From: Azolla caroliniana
Taxonomy: Eukaryota; Plantae; Polypodiophyta
Assembly: GCA_043228905.1 (NCBI GenBank)
Contig: JBHGNT010000003.1
Location: 3,782,001 to 3,846,000 of the forward strand
Length of the DNA stretch: 64,000 nucleotides
Direction: 5' to 3'
The position numbers were made by a program, and so were the translations under genes. Under the pieces are notes generated by a model, which worked only from the letters and a program-made list of their open reading frames with translations, was not told the origin of the DNA and did not search any database. Below, one piece after another: positions 36,254 through 47,870 of the stretch. Each line of letters starts with the position of its first letter. Positions within the stretch are counted from its first letter, which is position 1.

Positions 36254-39200
36254 TTAATGTTTGTCCTTCCCATCTCGCTCATCAACATCAACTTTTGGCC
36301 CATCGTATGTTGACAAAAAGAATACACTCTGGTTCTTTTGCAAATATCTGTCAGAAACCAAAATATACGGTGAAAAGTGGAAAATTCTGAGATTGATTGT
36401 TGATTCCTGCTAGACGAATCACATAACATTTTGGAGCTCTTGAATATTTCCTTATCTAGACCGATGGGTACCATTAACAATTGAAATTGATTTACATTCT
36501 AGGCTATAGATTATAACATGTACTCTCATGGCCACCACAATCCTTTCACATATCCTGAATAAGCTCAACACTCCTTACAAGTATTTACAATGATCAACCA
36601 AATCATCCTACCATAGGCCTATATCTTTTGCTGAGTTACATATCGCACATATTTATTTGGAAACAACAGAAATCGCACATACATGGTTACGTGTTAAGTC
36701 CAAAGAGGCAATATTGAAGACATTGCATATGGACAGAAACTAGATTGATCCTCTGAGAATGAGGCATAAAATCACTGATAAATAACTTTAATTACACTAA
36801 ACAGACACCTTCAGATTCAGGAAGTGTCATCAAATCCACAAAGCCCATAACTTGGGCGGGAACCCTATACTGCCAGAGAAAAACAGAATGTGCCCGCCAA
36901 CCCATGTGCATGAAAATGCTAGAAAAAGATGGAACAACCTACTGGATATCTAATGCTTTGGTGTTAAACAATGATACATACTTCAGAAAGTCTGCTAGTT
37001 TTTGTTGCAATTGCATGAGAGCATCATATTCCATATTGGTGTAAACAAGCAGCTCTGGCAACTTCACTGAAAAACAAATAAACAAACCTCCTCATTCAGG
37101 TGTTTAGCATCATAAAACAACATACATCTATCAGGCAATGAGAAATATATGAATGATACTCTACGTACCAAACAAACGCAAGAGGTGTTCAGCTCCATAG
37201 ATGGAAGAAGCAGTAACAGTGCTGTTTTCATGTATATGTTCAGTATATTGCCCTCTCTCTTGTTTATATAACAGCATTGCAGGCAACGCCTTGTCAAAGT
37301 ATGTTCGTAAGCCATTGAGAATTTCCATCAGAGTGTCAACAACACTGCAAACAACAAGGCCACCAACAAATTATTGTTATTTATTGAAACCTCAAAAGAA
37401 ATGACTCCCTTGTGGTTAATCTCAAAAAACATTGTTGGAGGATAATCATTTGTCTTTTTCTAATGCAGAGATGAATGCAAACCACAGTTTTAATTATCAA
37501 TTTGCTGCTATAGCTGGATTTTTTTGTTTAATTTTTTTGCCTCCTTGGCTGTCCATTGCAAGGATCTTAGCTTTATAGATCAGTTATATTTCATTGGAAG
37601 TCTAATTCAAACAGCAATGTCAAATGGCACTCTGCCATGATGTAATACTATGCAGATAATCATCTGAAATTGAAGAGAGATTTATCACTAGTATGGTGAA
37701 ACATATGGTAAATGCAAGTATCAGAAGCATAGATTGAATTTCCAATTATAAGTGAAGGAGAAAACAGCATCCTTACACGCCTTCCTGCTTCATTTTGAAA
37801 TCCAAATACTTTTTCAGAATATCATCAACAGTGGGATGTCGGGGAAGCTTTATTAACTGAAAATAAATACAAACAAAACCTTGTAGACTTTAGAAAACAA
37901 AATAATAACTTTCACAGATAGATCAAACAGACATTTGGAGCACTGGTCCTGAGACAATTGAAGCTAGATGCACTATGCAAAAAGTTTTAATGACAGTTTT
38001 ATGTGTAAAACAACATCCCAGAATAGGGATCTCAAGTACATGGATGTGGCTTGAGATGTCTTATCTACCTAGATCCTGAGAGATGTCTTAGCACACTTGT
38101 TTATGAATAGAATGGACCAAATAAATACATGACACGTACATTGATGAGAATGATTTTTCATTCCTCGGCAAAGAAACTGAAAACTCTCCTGACATGTTTC
38201 TTGTTCAGGCTTCAACTTTTATTTTGGTACCATGTACATTTTTTATGATATATATGAGAATTTTGATCTGAAACATCAGAATCTTGGGGCATTTTGGGCA
38301 AGCCATTTGACAATAAAAGTTTTCTCAATAAAGGTAAGTATGACTAGAGACAAGTAAATATTACCAAAAATTGTAGTAGCAATCTACGGATAGACAATTA
38401 ACCCTTTCCAAGCTATAATGCACACACCTGAACGCTCAGCCTTTACCATTGCAAACAGACATAATGATTACTAAACATAAACAAGGCACCAGAACTAAAT
38501 TATTTACCTGGCCAAGTTGAGTGACAAACTCCCAATCGTCAACTAGCTGCTTCTTTAACGTTCCTGGAAGAGGAATCTTCATAACTTGATCAGGCTCATC
38601 AGTATCCCTGTCCTGCCAAATCAAAAGTTCAAATAATGACACGTTTTATAATCTAGCACTGCAATTATCACGTGTCCTTCAGATATACTCAAACGATACA
38701 CAAATTAAATGAAGGAATTTAGAGACATGCTAGACTAATTAATGAAACAAATTTCAGTTTTACCAAGGAGAATCACATACTTCAACACCTGAGTCTGCCT
38801 TACGTTTCTTTGCCCTTGTAACTGCAGTTACATCAGGAACAGAAATATTAGGTATCCTATACAATCATGCCTATAGCAGTAACCACACTTCAATTAACTA
38901 ACTAAATTGTCTTAACCATGCCAAACTGATGTGTATATGGATGGTTATATACAGGCGTATACATGGACACACATGCATGCATGCATACACATTCAATAAA
39001 AAGAAATGTTTTATTTGAATTTATAAATTCAAGAAGTACGAAATAAGTATATATATTTTCATGTTTTTGTCATTTTCTCTCGAGTATAGACTCAGAACAT
39101 GGAGTTCCTTTCCAGAGGCAGATAACAGAAGAGTACGCGGGTCCTACTAAGGAGGTATCAATGGCAGTTTGGCGATGCCTCAACAAGGGATAGTACTTAA

Positions 39201-40464
39201 TAGAGCACTCCATGGATACATGGGTTTTTCACATAGGAAATGTGGCCTAGTTCGGAGGACACATGAATAATTTGTTAGCTGCAGTATATGAGGTCCCATT
39301 GGTTGACTGCAACTGATATCAATGCCATCAGAATTCAAAAAGAGACCTATATCAGACTTCATGGGATGAGATTCATCCAAAGCAATCTCTCTTCTTACTC
39401 CCATTCGTTCTAATCTCTACAGTCTCCTCCTCGAGTTTTCCAATCATGTTATAATCTCTCGTAATGATGTTTATATCCCCACAGTGCACTTCTTAGGCCA
39501 GCTTCCCTTCTTGTGGCAATGATGATTATAACTTTTAGTTCCACGGGTCATTCTGGCCATTTGCAGAAATTAAATCCGCATTTCCTTCCTCTCTACTAAT
39601 GATGTATTGACAGCTTAGCAGTTTCCTCATCCACAAGGGATACTGCTGGATATAAAAACCAATTAGGATGCTCACGATGTCTATGGGAACACGGATCTTC
39701 ACACAAGCAATGTTAATTTTTTGGAAGAAAACTTAGTAGGTAATCTTTTGGCTGTGGATCAAAAAATAAGATCATAATATGATTAGCTAAAAGATTATGT
39801 GTGGGGGCAAAATACATAGCAAGAGATATCAATTGGTGTTAGGATTGCGACTTGCCTCATTCAATCTACTCAGAGCTTACAAACTTTTGGGTTCCATATT
39901 TACTTAAACATTCTCATTAATTATAAATGCTTCAAATCAGATCCTTCATAAAAACATTGCAGGTTACCTGTTGTGCCCTTGGGCTTACTTTGTGGCATAC
40001 GTCCTCGGAGGATTTTATCTCCACTTTGGTTTTTAAAGAGCTTCTTTTGCTTCTCAAGGTTTGCTTCAGTGCATTTCATCAAACGATCTGCGCCTACCCA
40101 TTCATCCCAGCTACCAGTAGAAAGATGTACTTCATGAACTACTTTACAGAGTTACAACACTATCATTGCAGGATGAAAAAGGGTTTTACTCACTTTTTGC
40201 TCCATCCCTAGGAAAGGAAAAAGACCCATGAGTTTAAGATTTTCATAGAATTACTTAATTTTAAGGTATCTGTCAGCTATTGAAACTTGAAAACAGATGC
40301 TTATTGAAACATATGTATACACATGTATTGCATAAGCTGCAAAGCAATCTCAACAAATGCATGATGAAACATAAGTTTAAATTTTATTTTGAAGAGATTT
40401 CCTGTGTCATCCAAACGTAAGCAAAGACTGCTGAAATAAGAACGAATGAAGATAAGCTTGCAGA

Positions 40465-40511
<47 letters not shown>

Positions 40512-43500
40512 TGTATGTATGTATGTATGTATGTATGTATGTATGTATGTATGTATATGTCTATATATAAACCAGGCTGTGGCAATCCTCTGACCAATCC
40601 TCGGATGATATGTATATATATATACATACATACATACATACATATACATATATATATATATATATTTTTTATATATATGTATATACATATACATATATAT
40701 CCATATATATCCATATATATATATGTATATATATTGGCCACAGCCTGCTTTACTCTTATTCTTCTTGTAGCCAACCTTCTGAGTTTTAGGACAACAAAAC
40801 TTCCTATTCTTTTTCTCTTTAATGTTTTTCTACCTATATGTGTCATATTATAATTATATATGATTTTCTAAATCATCTAAATTTCTGAAATTCAACTTGG
40901 GTACATTAAAAGCATAGTTTATCTCCATTATAGGTGGTTTTGTGTATCAAGTCTTCACTGAGGCTTTATCATTCTTTTCTAAGGTTTCATATGGCAGCAC
41001 CAAACAAAGTATTTCTTTTCTCTATGAAGAGAATTCTAGTGTTCGGATCATGAAGTTTTTGATGCAATAGATCATGTATTTCTTTTCTCAATGAAGATAA
41101 CGCTTGTGTTTGGATCATGAAGTTTTTGTTGCAATAGATCATGTATGATTTCATCTAGCAACTACATCAGCATCTTTTGTATGGTTGATCATAGTCTCAC
41201 AATTGCCAGATACTTTCTTCTCTATATAGACTTTGGAGTTGTCCTTCCCAATCTATCTCTGCAAAAAGCAGGTAATAAACACCCTAAATTAAGGACAGTT
41301 AGTCCCATCATTTGCTATAACCACCCTAAATTGCTATAACATTAAAGAAACTTGTTATATCATCAATCCTCTGACACTACAAATTACCTTCAAATTATAT
41401 AGCATGCCCAAAGAAATCTTGGCGTTTACTAAGCACACCTGAGCTAGCTATGAATACAATTTGTTTACTTATAATATATACATGCATATAAACACAGATT
41501 GTATGCAAATAACCATCGTCATATCAAAAAAAATTTACATCATGTGACCAAATAAAAGCTAACAAAGTTCAGAATAATTTCTTAGCAGCAAAGGGCATAG
41601 CTGATACTCACAAGGTAATGCACAAAATACCTCCACTCTTTCTTCCGCACTTCTGCCTTTTGGACCTATGAGAATACGAATCTTGATGAATTATAACAGA
41701 GAAGATTATATAAATAACCTAAATTCAGAAGAAGAAATACAAATCATCAGCAGCACAGCTCGAAATGAATATAGCTATTGAAACGAAAAATACAAACCAA
41801 GAATATTATGAAATATGTATACTATCTTTGATCCTATAATATAAAAAGGTTTAGCAAAACCTACAATAATATATTCCTTTAGCAAAGATTGGAATAGATA
41901 AATTGGCAGGACAAGGCAGAAAACAACCCCGCCTCTAGCATCAAATACATGAAAGAAATATTGATGGATTGATCTCTCTCGAGACACAAGGAGAAGTTGT
42001 TGAAGGACAGCAATACAAGCACACAAGATCCTCAACAAAAGAGCAATAGTGACTTTCTTTAGACACATCACTCCTACTCATGCTGGAATTCAATCAAAGG
42101 CTACACAAGTGGGCTCTCTAACAGGATATTGCAAAGGGTTTACAATAGATCAGACAGTAGCAATTTCTTGTGCAAGTAAGCGCTGGCCTCATGAACCACA
42201 ATCTCAACACCCTTGTCATGGACAGATAAAGCCCATTATCTTCCACCATCAAAGGTGCTTCCCTCGCTTCAGAGATATCTCCATTCTGCATCGACTTATG
42301 TTACAGGTCTTTCGAAGATAAAAATTACAATCTATCTGACATGAGAATCTTACATGTATAGAGAATGGGATTCACTTTACATGTATAGAGAATGAGAATC
42401 TCCATTCTACATCGACTTATGTTACAGATCTTTCGAAGATAAAAATTACAATCTATCCGACATGAGAATCTTACATGTATACAGAATGGGATTCTTTAGT
42501 CACTTTTATTTTTATTTACTTTTTACTTAGTTATATTTATTTAGGGTTGTTCTGAAAGACGAGACAACATCTTAAGATGTAATCTCTTGTTTGATCTTAT
42601 ATGCCATTTTTGCCTCTTAAAAGACGTTAATATATATTTCTTTCTTTCTACCCACGTGGCGAACCATTTTTTGTTAAATCATAAACTTGGTTCAGATCTC
42701 ACTAATCCCTACGATCACAATTTTATTAGATGACCTTGTAGAAGGTAGAGGTTCAATGCATGATCATTATGCCTCCATTGTAAAACCTTCATAAATGGCA
42801 GACAGATATAATACATTTCAATGCATTGGGAATCAGACTCTTTCTTATAGGTTGGAGGTCTGGCAAGGAAGCATACAAAAGATATCCCTACATCATGTTG
42901 GAGTATTTGTTTTTGATGTTCTCCTGCTAATATCTCAAAGTCGGTGTTATCCGTGAATTTGTAAGAGAGGTCTCTAACAGTGGTAGTCCACTATCTCTGC
43001 CTTCTTTAGGACCGTCACTCTCTAGCCATAGCTGCCACCTGACTCATTCATCCACTCCAATAGCCATGTATCTGCCCGCCCTGCTGATCCAGAACATAAG
43101 CCAGCTGCCCTGCACACCAGCCACCACCATCTCAGTCAGCTGCAGCTTAGTCACCACCCCCAAACATTGCATTCCAACCCTCACTCTGTGGATTCTAGAA
43201 CCACCGCTGCCAAACCATTGCATTCCAACCCTAATCCACCCACTGCTGCTTTGACCACCACCACTGTCAGACTGGCACAGCCTGATGTGTATGCTGATCC
43301 CAACCCAATGCCATGTCCTTTACTTTAGTCATGTGACCATGCACAAATGATTTAAGAGATGGAATGTCACAAAACCACTCTAGCTAACCACGGTAACAAC
43401 AGCGGAGGTAGAGAGCGTCGCTTCTGGCGTGGATTCTGACTTAGATGCTAATTCCATTGGCCTTTTGAAGATGCTAATTCCATGGGCTCCACTCCATTCC

Positions 43501-44075
43501 AATGATCATATTAAGTTTCCCGAGCACATTAATAAGATGCTTTGCTTTCATCAGAGACATGGATGCAGCTTTTTGTCTCATAGGTTCCTTTGGCCTTTTG
43601 AGGACGTTAATTCCATGGGCTCCACTCCATCCCAGAGATCATATTACTGTCCCCCGGGCACATTAATAAGATGTCTGATCTAATATATCTTCATCAATGA
43701 TTTCTTTAGTTCTTATAGGTTATGTTACTGGCTTCGGAAGGAAAATAATACTTCATCATCAGTCATTATTCTACACCACCATAAAATGCAGGATTCCTTA
43801 TTTCCAACAATTATCCTGTTTTTTCTAGGTAGGGTACAAACCCTCTGTGTCTCGACAGTTTTGCAAAGTACGTAACCCACATAAGCATGACCTAGTCCAA
43901 CCCTTGAAAAGCATGGTTAGCTCGAAGAGAGAGAGAGAGAGAGAAAGAAAGAAAAGAAAGATATATTAACGTCTTCTCAGACCAAAATTGGCCTATGAGA
44001 CAATTGGTTTACAACAAAAATGGGGTAGTTACCCATTCATCGAAAGTAAAAATAAAATAAAATAAGACTTAAGCT

Positions 44076-44116
<41 letters not shown>

Positions 44117-44310
44117 CGTGGGGGAGAAGACGAAAAAGGAAGAGATATTACCTTGGCTTCGTAGATGAGAGGACCATGGTAGGCAAGGACCTTCTCACCC
44201 TCTCTGAAGAAGCCATGGTCTTCGCCGTCGCCATCACTCTCAGCAGCAGTTGCCATGACAGCATCACTACAGTCCCCTCCTCCATCCTCCTCTTCTTCAG
44301 AGCTCCCCAT
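36254..44310 (-). CDS. MRG1: MRG-family protein (chromo-barrel + MRG domain; MRG1/MRG2/EAF3 homolog), ~316 aa
   Basis: Ten GT-AG exons keep one frame: 44310-44152, 41665-41612, 40207-40194, 40110-39968, 38821-38781, 38612-38508, 37856-37777, 37344-37169, 37066-36982, 36347-36254. Motifs GEKVLAYHGPLIYEAK, YFVHYLGWSKNWDEWV, LKKQLVDDWE, YFDKALPAMLLY, SSIYGAEHLLRLFVKLPELL. Confidence 0.93.
40465..40733. repeat. Compound (TA)n/(TATG)n/(CATA)n microsatellite in MRG intron 2
   Basis: Direct reading; the TATG and CATA tracts are mutually complementary around a ~55-bp unique core. Confidence 0.9.
42277..42494. repeat. Direct duplication (~95 bp, period ~121) in MRG intron 1
   Basis: tctccattct.catcgacttatgttacag.tctttcgaagataaaaattacaatctatc...gaatgggattc occurs twice. 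Confidence 0.85.
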
Positions 44311-44435
44311 CGAATTTCAAAACGGAGAAGAAAAGGAGAGAGAGAGAGAGAGAGAGATTTTCTGCCTCGCTATCTGCTGTCTCTGTTTCTGTAGCTGTGT
44401 GTGGGGGGGGGGGGGGGGGGGACAGAGCAGATGGA

Positions 44436-44742
44436 GTAGAGTAGAGCAGAGCAGAGCAAAGCTTAAGAGAGATTTGGGTGGGAAGAGAGAAAGAGAGATT
44501 AAAGAGCTCCAATGGAAGGATTTGAGCCGATCCCGAAACCGTAGAGTAGAGCAGAGCAAAGCTTAAGAGATATTTGAGTGGGAAGAGAGAAAGAGAGATT
44601 AAAGAGCTCCAATGGAAGGATTTGAGCCGATCCCGAAACCGTAGAGTAGAGCAGAGCAAAGCTTAAGAGAGATTTGGGTGGGAAGAGAGAAAGAGAGATT
44701 AAAGAGCTCCAATGGAAGGATTTGAGCCGATCCCGAAACCGT
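44436..44742. repeat. Three tandem ~100-bp units just upstream of the MRG ATG
   Basis: Unit gtagagtagagcagagcaaagctt...gagccgatcccgaaacc at ~44436, 44541 and 44641. Confidence 0.95.
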
Positions 44743-47700
44743 GTCCACCGGAGACTCGAGAGAGGTCTTCAGATCAAAATTGCTGGCCCGAGACCGTGGC
44801 CGAACAACTTAAAGATATCTTTCCAATCCGATTCAATATACCTCTCTCTTCCTCCCAGAATGTGACCTGCTCAACTCTCCTCGAATGCCTCTCTCACATA
44901 ATGTGTACGTAATCGTCGAGAAGCCCCGCATGTTCCCCCCTCCCTCGCATTTCTTTTAACATGCTCGACAAACCATGTGTTGTGTCCACTCATAGTAACT
45001 GAAGTTTTTGACCTCGTCGTCGATCTGTTATGGGGGTGCAAATACAAAGCTCCAAATGCATGCCCTCTTGTTAAATATAGAGATTGTAAATGAGGGAGGA
45101 GGTGAGAGAGATTTTCTCACAATCCATAGAGAGACCAATATTAACCCATGGTTATTGAATAAAGAAGTTTTATTAAAGATATGGATTGCAAATCAGGGGA
45201 AGATGAGAGAGAGAGAGAGAGAGAGAGATTTTAGTGTCCGTAGAGAGGCCAATATTGACCCATGGTACCTAAGTGCACAAGTTTTCTTGATGTGTATCTC
45301 CTTCATAAAAAGAGATAGATATTCATGCTTCCAAGCACAATGTCTTGATGTTTTTGATTGATCTATTGCACAAAGTGAAACATTTCATTGGTGTGTGTAG
45401 AGTAGAATAACAACATTCAAGATTCAAGAATTTCAAGAGCGAACCTAAAGGAAATTCATACTTTTCATTGACAAAAATAACCAACCTAAGAATTAGTTTC
45501 CCTTTACCAAAAAATCTTGCTTTTCTAACTTGATGTAGATAGCTTACGCTATTACCGTTGACAAGCATTTAAGGTTTGCTTGCAAGAGGATATCCCCATC
45601 CCCTATTTATATTTGTTGGCAGTTGCTATTGTAGCATTCACACCATGAGCATAAATCTCTCTGTTTCTTTTTGTCTAGTGAAAACAGGCAATTATATTAA
45701 TAAGTGAATGTGAAAAACATTGTGATGGTACTGTAATTGAATGTGGTCTAACATAGTACACTCATATAGGATAAGTGGGACATGTTGAATTGCCAATAAG
45801 CAAAAAGAACACTCCATTGTTGAAAGAATTTCTACTTGCTCCAACAAAGAATCACATCAATACCTTAACTTTTGTAGAAATCCTTTGACCCCATATGTAC
45901 CATCAAATAGAAAAAACATTTGTCATATCCCAATTATGATGCAATCTTCAATATCTCAAAAATAAGAAAACAAATCCATGACGTGTCTTGTGGGGCTTTG
46001 AGATGGGTTAACATCATCAATCATTGATTCTCTCGTTTTTCCTTTATTCAAGGTTAAATACTTTTTCATTACGCAAACATTTGTTTGCTTTGGTCTTACG
46101 AACCATGTTGTCCTCTCAAGAGACATTAATAGACTTATTCTTTTGGAAAACAAGAACCTAAAGACATGCAACATCTTGCGACCACTCTAGAGATGGCCGA
46201 ACATAAAGATACCATGGAAACACAAGAGACATTTGTGAATCAAAATAAATGTGGCAACAATAAAGGGCATGGGCGTTTCAAAAAGTGATTAATTTTTATG
46301 CTTCTTTGCCAATTTCATGGGAGGTTCACTTGGGATTATCCCTAGCAAAATGTTCCAATTCATAACATAACAAAGTGAGACATGGTAAAGGAGGTGACTT
46401 GCATAGACATGATCGATGGTTGTGACATTATTTGGTATATGCGAGAAATATATCAACCGGAGGAAGGGGGAGTGTGAAAGGGTTCTCATGATCAAGTTAG
46501 CCCCAAATGTGGATGCACCAATTAGTGCCCAACATCAAGGGATAATCAAAGAGAAGAATTATTGGCAAGGGGTGTTTTTGGGAGCAATCCAAGGAGGAAT
46601 GTCCCTGCCTATGAAACTCGTGCGAACGCACGACAAAGCAAGTTGTAGAATACATTGAATATCGAGATGATTGGATTCTATCGAGGGAGATCAAAACATT
46701 GCCATCCTCTTCCACCTAGAAGATAAGGATACACCTTTCATATATTATATTTTCAAATCAATTCAAGCCTATCTAGAAAGCAATACTTTACCAAAAGAAA
46801 AAGGTAGTTGGGGATGCATAGACAACTAAAAATGTTTTTTTGTGTGCCTCCTTGGAACGCCAAACGTGACTTCTCTCAGCCTCTCAAGCATTAGGCTCTC
46901 GTGAATGGCAAGTATCTACGGCGATGGGGGAAACAAACAAGGATGTTATCTTAGCGCTACCTTGTTTGTGACCGTCGATTGTCGTTCTTGATGAGTCTGA
47001 AACCGAAGCTAGAAGCAAGGACATACAAAGAAGCTAACTAATCCGGTAGTATAAATCTAGCGTGTGTGCGTCTTACTTAGCCCTCTAGGTGCAGACATTG
47101 GCAAGACGCTCATTAACTTTGGGGATGATCTAAGGAACATGGACGCAACTCCCGGAGAGCCTCGCGAGGCCGAGAGGAGTGGAGAAGAAGTATATATGTA
47201 TGATGGAATGGGAAGCTTTCTTTCTTGTATGCTGGGAGTCGTGATTGGCGGGCAGGCCATCATAGGTCAGCCAGGAAAAATGCCGCCCATTTTCTTGGGT
47301 AGGTCACTCGTCCGGTCAGATCAGATTATAGATCAGGCCATTTTAGGTTCGGTGAGGTCAAGTCAGGTTAAGACAAGACAAGAAAAGTCAAGTCAAGTCA
47401 TGTCAAGCAAAATGGTAGTGGTGGTTTTGGTGTTCCTCCTCCTCCTCCTCCTGGCGATGGCGATGGCCATGGCCACGATCAGGTGGAAAACACATTTACT
47501 GCGTTGAATCAGAAGAATCGGAGAGACTGCAAAATCCCATTGACCAGACAGACAGACAGACAGACAGATACACGCGAACGATTGGTCCCGAAACTTCTAT
47601 CGCCATTTCCTTCTTCGCCATCGCCACTACCTCCGTTTGACTCGCCGTTTCCTTCCTTCTTGCTTTTGTTCCAATTGTTTCTTATTCCTTCCATTTTCTT

Positions 47701-47870
47701 TTCCTCCTCCTTTTTCATCGGCATTGCTATCGCCATCACCATCTCCATGGCCAGTTGACCTTTGTTTTTTCTTTCCTTCCTTAAGTCCTTCAGCCCTTCT
47801 TTCTTTGTTTCTTCTTCTCCTTCCTCTTCTGTGCATCTCATAGATTGAAGCTCTCATTGTCGGGATCATC

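Noticed and set aside
39120-39700. Faint gag/Copia-like remnants in MRG introns (also ~42550-43000) and at ~62500-62900
   Set aside because: Only isolated partial motifs; too decayed to call by eye.
40301-40853. ORFs with HTYI/CMYV repeats
   Set aside because: Translations of TATG/TA microsatellites in an intron.
47064-47841. ORFs upstream of PDAT
   Set aside because: Low-complexity 5' UTR/promoter sequence with no recognisable domain.
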